From a virus, in the IMG/VR virus record IMGVR_UViG_3300043446_003867, positions 25,082 through 89,081 of that record: 64,000 nt of DNA; one strand, given 5' to 3'. Position 1 is the first letter of the stretch; each line of letters starts with the position of its first letter. The position numbers and the translations under genes are program-made. This document shows positions 8,426 through 14,408 of this stretch, in pieces. A model generated the notes under the pieces. The model made no database searches. It had not been told where the DNA came from and saw only the letters and a program-made list of their open reading frames with translations.

Positions 8426-8454
8426 TGGCGTGGTTTTGGGTTTCGGGTTACGTT
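8426..8454 (+). promoter_or_regulatory. Array promoter copy 11
   Basis: TGGCGT-N17-TACGTT. Confidence 0.75.
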
Positions 8455-8496
8455 CTGCATGTGGGTTCGATGAGCCCCAAGGAAAGGCAGAGAACG

Positions 8497-8874
8497 ATGA
8501 ACGCTCACGAGATCAAGATCGCCGAGGAAGCTTACGAGGGTGCGGGCGTGGAGGCGGCGCTGGTTGTGGCGCGCGGTGCGCTGCGTAGCGCGCGCGTCGC
8601 GGGTAAAGCGGCGAAGTCGGCGGCGGAACACGAGGTCGCGGCGCTGGCGTACAAGCGCGCGGTCGAAGCGATCGAAGCGGCGCGCGCGGCGATGTGGAGG
8701 GCGCTTTACGGGTGGTGTGTCGCGGTCGACGAATTGGAGCGCGCGGACGCGAACGATCGCGCGCGGCGGAGCCCCTACGCGGCGCTTGAGGCTGGCTTGG
8801 AGGCGGGGCTGAAGGAAGCGAACGAAGCGAACGGGATGCACGCGCTGGCGTACGTGCGCGCGATGCGTGCGTGA
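8497..8874 (+). CDS. Ala-rich helical protein (cassette 11), paralog of 8990-9394
   Basis: ATG after module leader; alignable by eye to next ORF. Confidence 0.75.
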   Translation: MNAHEIKIAEEAYEGAGVEAALVVARGALRSARVAGKAAKSAAEHEVAALAYKRAVEAIEAARAAMWRALYGWCVAVDELERADANDRARRSPYAALEAGLEAGLKEANEANGMHALAYVRAMRA

Positions 8875-8922
8875 TCGCGGATCCTCCTCTCTCGAAAACG
8901 CGAGGGGGGGATCGTTTTCTAC

Positions 8923-8951
8923 TGGTTCGGTTACAGGTTTTGGGTTATGCT
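8923..8951 (+). promoter_or_regulatory. Array promoter copy 12 (diverged)
   Basis: TGGTTC-N17-TATGCT, preceded by hairpin and T tract at 8880-8918. Confidence 0.7.
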
Positions 8952-8989
8952 CATCGCGGTGGGTCGATGAACCCGAAAATGGAAAGGAA

Positions 8990-9394
8990 ATGGCTATGAA
9001 AGACGCAATCGCGATCCGGATTGAACAGCGTGAGGCGGAGCTTGCCGCGTCGGCGTATCGCGCGGCGAACGTTGAGGAGATGCTTCGTGTTTCGCGCGAG
9101 AAGCTGCTCGAAGCGCGTCGCCTTGGAGACGTCGCAGATGGCGAGGAGAACTACGAAGCGTATGGTGCGGCGGCGCTCGCATACGACGAGGCGGCAGTGG
9201 CTATCGGGAAGGCGCGCCGTGCGCTCGGTGGGGCATACGTGAGCTGGAGCGATGCAGTCGCGAAGTGGGAACGCCCGGACGCGTACGACTTCGCGCCGCG
9301 GAATCCTTACGAGAAGATCGAAGCGGTACTTGAGGAGGAGCGGGAAGAAGTGAACGCAGGGCGGCGACTCTACTCGCTTCTGGCGATGTTCTGA
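8990..9394 (+). CDS. Helical protein (cassette 12), paralog of 8497-8874
   Basis: GGAAAGGA leader; shared AALAY..A..AI..AR.A and ER.DA.D...R.PY motifs. Confidence 0.75.
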   Translation: MAMKDAIAIRIEQREAELAASAYRAANVEEMLRVSREKLLEARRLGDVADGEENYEAYGAAALAYDEAAVAIGKARRALGGAYVSWSDAVAKWERPDAYDFAPRNPYEKIEAVLEEEREEVNAGRRLYSLLAMF

Positions 9395-9406
9395 GAATCC
9401 TGGCCG

Positions 9407-9450
9407 GATCCTCTCATCGAAAAAAAAAAGCGATGAGGGGATCTTTTTTT
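9407..9450 (+). terminator. Intrinsic terminator fused to promoter copy 13
   Basis: GATCCTCTCATCG / A10G / CGATGAGGGGATC + T7. Confidence 0.8.
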
Positions 9451-9452
9451 GC

Positions 9453-9481
9453 TGGTTCGGTTTCGGGTTTGGGTTTATGGT
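9453..9481 (+). promoter_or_regulatory. Array promoter copy 13
   Basis: TGGTTC-N17-TATGGT. Confidence 0.75.
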
Positions 9482-9524
9482 CTGCTCATCGGTCAACGGG
9501 CCGACAACGGGAAGGCAGAAGAAG

Positions 9525-9725
9525 ATGAGCGCATTCGGGAAGGGTCAGATCGTCGTCGCGAAGTCGGCAGCGCAGGGGCTCGTGAAGGGTCGGAAGTACG
9601 TGGTGCTGGCTGTCCTGAACACCGTCGGCGGCTGGTATCTCTACGAGGTGCACGGGGTGGAGGGATCGAACAACTCGGTCCTCCGGATCGCCAACGCGCA
9701 GTTCGTCTTTTCTGAGGTGAAGTGA
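9525..9725 (+). CDS. Small beta-rich (possibly SH3-like) protein (cassette 13)
   Basis: FGKGQIVV...GLVKGRKYVV...YEV pattern. Confidence 0.7.
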   Translation: MSAFGKGQIVVAKSAAQGLVKGRKYVVLAVLNTVGGWYLYEVHGVEGSNNSVLRIANAQFVFSEVK

Positions 9726-9733
9726 TCGGGCGG

Positions 9734-9769
9734 GAACGCCTCGCGAGTGGATCGCGGGGCGTTCTTTTT
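9734..9769 (+). terminator. Intrinsic terminator fused to promoter copy 14
   Basis: GAACGCCTCGCGA...TCGCGGGGCGTTC + T5. Confidence 0.75.
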
Positions 9770-9772
9770 CGC

Positions 9773-9801
9773 TTGATAGGTTTCGGGTTTCGGGTTATGG
9801 T
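9773..9801 (+). promoter_or_regulatory. Array promoter copy 14 (near-consensus sigma70)
   Basis: TTGATA-N17-TATGGT; hairpin TCGGA-CAAGGT-TCCGA. Confidence 0.85.
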
Positions 9802-9841
9802 TTCCGTATCGGACAAGGTTCCGACAACGAGGAGATGAGCG

Positions 9842-9952
9842 ATGAACAACGAGGAAGTGCTTGAGGCGAACGCGGGCGAGATCGAGGCGGACGAGCGGCG
9901 CGCGGAGGAGATCGACGACGCGGAGTGTTACGGCGCGGAGCATTGGGGCTGA
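9842..9952 (+). CDS. 36-aa highly acidic peptide (cassette 14; not in ORF track)
   Basis: GAGGAG RBS; MNNEEVLEANAGEIEADERRAEEIDDAECYGAEHWG*. Confidence 0.7.
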   Translation: MNNEEVLEANAGEIEADERRAEEIDDAECYGAEHWG

Positions 9953-9959
9953 ACGGCGC

Positions 9960-9988
9960 AAAAAAGCCCGCGGAGGGTATCCGCGGGC
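9960..9988 (-). terminator. Intrinsic terminator of the lysozyme gene (possibly bidirectional)
   Basis: A6 + GCCCGCGGA-GGGTA-TCCGCGGGC between convergent genes. Confidence 0.75.
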
Positions 9989-10009
9989 GTCGTTGCATTG
10001 TGGGTCAGG

Positions 10010-10471
10010 TCAAACGGGCTTCATCCACAGGTCGCCTTCGGCTTTGCGGCGCTTGGTGAGGCCGGGGAGGGCTTGGAGCTTTCCGCCGACGGTGGCCTTG
10101 TCCCACATGGCGAGACCGGCGGGAACCAGCTCCGGCTTACCGGCGCGGAGGTTTTTCATCGCGGTGGAGTCATTGAGCGGGCCGGAGCCGACGTTGTAAG
10201 TCCAGCTGACGAGGGCATCGAACTGGTTCTGATTGAGCGGCGGAAGGTTCGCGCGATGGATCGCCTTCTCGAAGCGAACGAGGTCTTTCGCGAGCAGTTC
10301 GCTGGCCTGGGCTTCGGTCAGCTCGGTAAACGTCTCGCCCTTCTCGACAACGTGGCCGTAGCCGATGGTCGGCTTACCGGCGGGGCAGAGGTAGACTTTC
10401 GGGACGAAGCCTTCGCAGTCTTTGATCAGCTTGAGGCCAGCGGCGCCGGTTTTGAGATGTTCGTTGCTCAT
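10010..10471 (-). CDS. Phage lysozyme / endolysin (GH24)
   Basis: IKDCEG...YLCPAGKPTIGYG, LNQNQFDALVSWTYNVG, GLTKRRKAE motifs. Confidence 0.95.
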   Translation of the reverse strand: MSNEHLKTGAAGLKLIKDCEGFVPKVYLCPAGKPTIGYGHVVEKGETFTELTEAQASELLAKDLVRFEKAIHRANLPPLNQNQFDALVSWTYNVGSGPLNDSTAMKNLRAGKPELVPAGLAMWDKATVGGKLQALPGLTKRRKAEGDLWMKPV

Positions 10472-10682
10472 GGTCGAATTTCCTCCGGGAAAAGCCAGGG
10501 TAACGAAAAAAAGTGATCAGGCGAGACAAAAACGGACGCGGAGCGCGTCATGGGGGAAGTCGTATCCCGAAGGGAACGGATGGGGGTGAGGAGCCGGGAG
10601 GGAAAGGACGGCAGGAAGCGTCGCCCAGTTGGGTACTGGGGAGGCAGAAAAGGGCTTGATGATAACTAGCCGTTAATACCGA

Positions 10683-11099
10683 GTGGCGCGCGAGGCAGGG
10701 ACCGTGGAGAGAGCGAAGACGGGAAAGAAACGACGGGTGACGCGGACTCGACGGCAGTTGAGTGTGGGGGAGCGGTTCGGCGCGTTGGTTGTGGAGACGG
10801 TACGCCCGACGACGTTTCGATGTGACTGCGGGAAGGTCGTCGAGAAGCGGATGCCGTATGCGGTCTACACGAGCAAGCATCCTAGCTGCGGGTGTAAGCG
10901 AGTCGCGTACAAGAGCGAGAAGCGAACGAACTCGCCGAACTACGAGCTAGTCGGCTTGGCGAATGACGCAGACAAGGTCACGTACATGCGCTGGCGGGTG
11001 AGGTGTAGGAAGTGCGGAGCGGAACTCACTGTCTCGAATGGTCAGCTCTTGGTCAGTAGGAAGAACCGCTACGGGTGTCGAATCTGCCTCATGGGGTAG
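10683..11099 (+). CDS. Cys-rich protein (CDCG/SCGC motifs typical of phage HNH/AP2-associated Zn-binding region)
   Basis: GERFGALVV...RCDCG...SCGC...CRKCG...CRIC. Confidence 0.65.
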   Translation: MAREAGTVERAKTGKKRRVTRTRRQLSVGERFGALVVETVRPTTFRCDCGKVVEKRMPYAVYTSKHPSCGCKRVAYKSEKRTNSPNYELVGLANDADKVTYMRWRVRCRKCGAELTVSNGQLLVSRKNRYGCRICLMG

Positions 11100-11117
11100 A
11101 AAGTCGAGTTCTAACCG

Positions 11118-11447
11118 ATGACGTTGGGAAGATTGCTGCGGGGAATCAGGGAAGAGAGAGGGTGGACGCTGAGGCATGTCGCGAAACGCGCGGGATTGTC
11201 GCCGACGATCGTGTCGAGAGTGGAGACGGACCAGGATAGGATCGCGCCCGATACGCTCGAATCACTCCTGGTGACGATCGAAGCGAACGAGGAGCAGACC
11301 ACGCGGGCGTTCTTTCTCGCAGGTAGGTTCCCGGACTCCGTGCTGGAACGCGCGCTGGCGTCAGAGGAGAACTTCGCGAGCGTCATCCGGTTCGTTCGTA
11401 GTCTCCCGATCCCGAACCCTTCCCGCTATCCGGCTCGATCTCCCTGA
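11118..11447 (+). CDS. XRE-family helix-turn-helix transcriptional regulator
   Basis: LGRLLRGIREERGWTLRHVAKRAGLSPTIVSRVE. Confidence 0.9.
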   Translation: MTLGRLLRGIREERGWTLRHVAKRAGLSPTIVSRVETDQDRIAPDTLESLLVTIEANEEQTTRAFFLAGRFPDSVLERALASEENFASVIRFVRSLPIPNPSRYPARSP

Positions 11448-12086
11448 GCGTGTACCCGTATGCGGCGGTCTATCGTTCTCCGCGAGACGTTCGAGAGAGA
11501 TGGTCTGACCCCCGTTCGCGGTACCCTCTGAGCGCCCCGGTCGTCGTATCGATGAACTCACTCGTACCCCATCGCTCACGACCCATTTTCAACCCCGTTC
11601 CACCCTCACGGTAGATGATTCGTACCGTCGAGTTTTCCAGCGAAATAATCGCAACGGATTGGCCTACGCTGGTCGCTTCGCGCGTCTCCTCAGCGGTCAG
11701 AAGGCCGATTGCCGGGCCGTGACCGGCCCTCCCCGAGCCTTTCGAGAGCCACCCTAGGGGTCGATGACCCCCGAGGCATCGACGCGTTAAAACGCCGTTT
11801 AGGAGGAAGTTGCTCCGAGGGGGATCGGTACGGTGTGAACCGAAACGGTCGTTTCGGGTCACGGAGGGGCGACTCGGGTGCTCGGAATTGGCCGACGTTA
11901 CCCTTTACGTGGGGGCATGCCCTGGCTCGATCTTGCGGTCGTTTCCTCGCGGCTGACCGCGGCTGCGGGCCGCTGGGCGGCTCGCCGAGGCCGCTGGCAC
12001 GCGAGGGGGGTGCAGGGGAAGTGACGGGGGGCGTGCAGGACAAGGGTACCCCAAACTCGTCGTGACAAATTTTTAGGTTAGGCGAC

Positions 12087-12115
12087 TTGAAGGGATTCGG
12101 GTTTTGGGTTACGCA
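12087..12115 (+). promoter_or_regulatory. Array promoter copy 15 (degenerate -10)
   Basis: TTGAAG-N17(GGATTCGGGTTTTGGGT)-TACGCA. Confidence 0.55.
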
Positions 12116-12208
12116 CAAAGGAGTGGCCGAAGGTCGGTCGACGGAGGTGGAGAGGAATGAGCGCGAAGGTTGTCGGTGAGTGCGTCATGGGTGGAGTGGA
12201 GGTGTGTG

Positions 12209-12547
12209 ATGCGAGTGTTTTTGACTCCGAGGGCGTTGGTTGGGGTTGGTGAGTGGGAGCGGGTGGGGGAAGCGATATTGTTCGGGTGTGAGGAGTATTT
12301 GATCGGGGGTGTGTCGTTCGTGGTGTGGAGCGAGGACGAGGGGTCGCGGGTATTGGGGGCGGTGTATGAGATCGACGCGGAGGGGGTTGAGGGGATTGAT
12401 CGGCGGATGGTGGATCAGTCGAGGGAGGAGCGGACGGTGTTGATGGGAGGGGTGGCGGAATTCGCGGAGGTGTATGTGTTGCGGAATCGGGCGTTGTTGG
12501 CGGGATCGTGGGACGTGGAAAAGATGTCGATGAGCGGTCCGGGATGA
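12209..12547 (+). CDS. Gamma-glutamylcyclotransferase/AIG2-like fold protein (divergent)
   Basis: GGAGG RBS; VLGAVYEIDAEGVEGID...R..V...AEVYV resembles GGCT-like family; N-terminal YG motif absent. Confidence 0.45.
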   Translation: MRVFLTPRALVGVGEWERVGEAILFGCEEYLIGGVSFVVWSEDEGSRVLGAVYEIDAEGVEGIDRRMVDQSREERTVLMGGVAEFAEVYVLRNRALLAGSWDVEKMSMSGPG

Positions 12548-12557
12548 CGAATTCTAC

Positions 12558-12586
12558 TTGATTGGGTTCGGGTTTCGGGATATGGT
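12558..12586 (+). promoter_or_regulatory. Array promoter copy 16 (near-consensus sigma70)
   Basis: TTGATT-N17-TATGGT; hairpin GGGTTC-AAG-GAGCCC. Confidence 0.85.
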
Positions 12587-12628
12587 CTGCTTGTGGGTTC
12601 AAGGAGCCCCGAAGAAGGAGACGGGATC

Positions 12629-12820
12629 ATGGGAAAGCGAATCAAGATTGACGGTGTGGTTTGTGAGGTTGTGAACGCGTATTCGAGCGGGCCGGGAGCG
12701 CCGGCGTTCGAGTACGACCTACGCGATGGGGGGTATGTGTATTGCGTGGGGCCGGAGTGGAAGTTGCAGATGAGGGGTCAGTTCGCGCGGGTGGTGAACG
12801 TCGAGATCATCGCGGAGTGA
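12629..12820 (+). CDS. Small hypothetical protein (cassette 16)
   Basis: AAGGAG RBS, ATG 12629. Confidence 0.7.
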   Translation: MGKRIKIDGVVCEVVNAYSSGPGAPAFEYDLRDGGYVYCVGPEWKLQMRGQFARVVNVEIIAE

Positions 12821-12827
12821 TTTTCAC

Positions 12828-12856
12828 TTGCGTGGTTTTGGGTTTCGGTTTATGGT
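12828..12856 (+). promoter_or_regulatory. Array promoter copy 17
   Basis: TTGCGT-N17-TATGGT; hairpin TCGGA-CAACGA-TCCGA. Confidence 0.8.
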
Positions 12857-12896
12857 TCCTGTATCGGACAACGATCCGACAACGAGGAGGTGAGTC

Positions 12897-13175
12897 GTGG
12901 GTGAGTGGAAGTTCAACAAGTGGGCGGATTGCTACGGGGCGTTGATCGAGGAGATCCCCGAAGTGGCGGCGGCGCGAGTGGCGGAGGTCTTCGGTCGCGG
13001 CGTGGAGATGAATCATAAGGATTACGGGGCGGAGTGGGTTTTCGAGGGGTGTGTCGAGGGGCGGCGGGTGAATTACCGCGTGTATGAGCGCGGGGGCGTC
13101 ATGAGGTTCGGGGGGCCGCATGATCATTTCGGATTTGCGGCGTTCCGCGCGTGGTTTCTGGCGTGTGTTGCGTGA
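12897..13175 (+). CDS. Small hypothetical protein (cassette 17)
   Basis: GAGGAGGT RBS before start. Confidence 0.65.
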   Translation: MGEWKFNKWADCYGALIEEIPEVAAARVAEVFGRGVEMNHKDYGAEWVFEGCVEGRRVNYRVYERGGVMRFGGPHDHFGFAAFRAWFLACVA

Positions 13176-13191
13176 TCGAAGGAGACGGACG

Positions 13192-13911
13192 ATGGCGAAG
13201 AAGATTCTCAAGGAAGCGATGTACGCGGTGATTTACGTGCGCGTGAGCACGGATCAGCAGGCGAAGGAGGGGATCGGGCTCGACGCGCAGCTTGCGCGGT
13301 GCAAGGCGGTGGCGGAGGCGCGCGGGTTGATGGTCATCGATGATTTCCGAGACGAGGGAATCAGCGGCAAGGCGGAGATTCGGCTTCGGCCTGGTCTGCA
13401 AGCGGCGATCGCGAAGTGTAAGGAACGGAACGCGATCCTGATTAGTTATTCGGTGAGCCGTATTGCGCGTCGGCAGCGCCTTCTCTGGGATCTGCTCGAT
13501 CCGGAGGGCGGGCACCGGCTGGCGTATATCTCGGCGACGGAGCCGTTTGATACGTCGACGCCGATGGGGCGCGCGATGCTCGGGATGATCGGGGTGTGGA
13601 GCCAGCTCGAAGCGGACCTCGTGAGCGAGCGGACGAAGGATGCGCTTGCTCAGGCGAAGGCGCGCGGGACGCGTCTCGGAGCGCCGTCGACGGCGTCGCT
13701 CGTTACGGAAAGCGCGGTTGCGCGGATCGACGCGTTGGCGGCGGAGGGGTTGTCGTTGCGGTTGATCGCGGACAAGTTGAACGCGGAGGGTGTCCCGACG
13801 GCGAAGGGGGTCGGGCAGTGGTGGCCGAAGACGGTGCGGTCCGTATTGGTTGATCTGCAAATCAAGCGGATTGCGGCGCTTCCGCGTCATGAAGAAAGCG
13901 AGGAACGATGA
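13192..13911 (+). CDS. Serine recombinase (resolvase/invertase catalytic domain + short recombinase-type DNA-binding domain)
   Basis: AAGGAG RBS; YVRVSTDQQ catalytic Ser motif, DEGISG, RPGL, SRIAR, DTSTPMGR, SERTKDAL..AKARG..LG; C-terminal SLRLIADKLNAEGVPT..G..W. Confidence 0.92.
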   Translation: MAKKILKEAMYAVIYVRVSTDQQAKEGIGLDAQLARCKAVAEARGLMVIDDFRDEGISGKAEIRLRPGLQAAIAKCKERNAILISYSVSRIARRQRLLWDLLDPEGGHRLAYISATEPFDTSTPMGRAMLGMIGVWSQLEADLVSERTKDALAQAKARGTRLGAPSTASLVTESAVARIDALAAEGLSLRLIADKLNAEGVPTAKGVGQWWPKTVRSVLVDLQIKRIAALPRHEESEER

Positions 13912-14387
13912 ATATCTTTGCGCTCGATAGCGATCCGGTCCGCGCGGCGGAGTACATGTGTGACAAGCACGTCGTCAAGATGGCGCTGGAGACGGCGCAG
14001 CTACTCTGCACGGCGCTTGCGCAGCATGGGGCGGAGGAGTTGCCGTACAAGCCGACGCATCGGAACCACCCGTGCACGATCTGGGCGGCGGAGTCGCGCG
14101 CGAACTTTCTATGGCTCGCGGAGCACGGTGACGCGATTTGTCGCGAGTACAGCAAGCGGTACGGCGGGCGCGAGCATAAGTCGCGCGCGGTCATCGTACG
14201 GGCGGCGGAGCAGAGCGCGAAGATCCCGGAGCGTTCGTTGACGCGGTTCGCGCAGGCGATGCCGGATCAGTACAAGAACGCGGATCCGGTCGCGGCGTAT
14301 CGGGCGTACTACATCGGGGACAAGGCGCGGTTCGCGTCGTGGCGCGCGCCGGCGGTGGTGCCGGATTGGTGGCGCGCGGAAGCGTGA
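13908..14387 (+). CDS. Pyrimidine-dimer DNA glycosylase/endonuclease V-like phage protein
   Basis: MNIFALD.DP..AA...CDKHVVKM.LETAQLL, YKPTH.NHPCTIW, QAMPDQYK, AYRAYY family motifs. Confidence 0.75.
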   Translation: MNIFALDSDPVRAAEYMCDKHVVKMALETAQLLCTALAQHGAEELPYKPTHRNHPCTIWAAESRANFLWLAEHGDAICREYSKRYGGREHKSRAVIVRAAEQSAKIPERSLTRFAQAMPDQYKNADPVAAYRAYYIGDKARFASWRAPAVVPDWWRAEA

Positions 14388-14408
14388 TAGGGTGCTGCTC
14401 CGGGTGGC

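Larger units (their letters stand above)
1058..12896 (+). repeat. Dispersed family of 17 related ~100-bp intergenic modules (terminator/A-T tracts - promoter - 5' hairpin - RBS), each preceding small ORF(s)
   Basis: Core TKRnnn-GGKTTYGGGTTTYGGKT-TAYGNT-like sequence recognised at 1087, 1412, 1904, 5428, 5849, 6368, 6663, 7120, 7498, 7914, 8426, 8923, 9453, 9773, 12087, 12558, 12828; all on + strand. Confidence 0.95.

Noticed and set aside
12157-12252. 31-aa ORF MSAKVVGECVMGG... after promoter copy 15
   Set aside because: It overlaps the better-supported 12209-12547 ORF and has no other support, so it is left uncalled
1087-12856. Sigma54 promoters (TGGC...) or telomere/G-quadruplex repeats in the GGGTTT spacer
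   Set aside because: The GG-N10-GC rule fails (GG-N10-GG is seen); the G runs are too few and short for a convincing G4; the fixed 17-bp distance to TAYGNT fits sigma70 better
1058-12896. Repeat family as a CRISPR array
   Set aside because: Spacing is 0.27-3.5 kb, intervening DNA is protein-coding, repeats are degenerate, and no cas genes are present
1058-12896. Classical integron attC cassettes
   Set aside because: No RYYYAAC...GTTRRRY long imperfect palindromes and no tyrosine integrase; modules carry their own promoters
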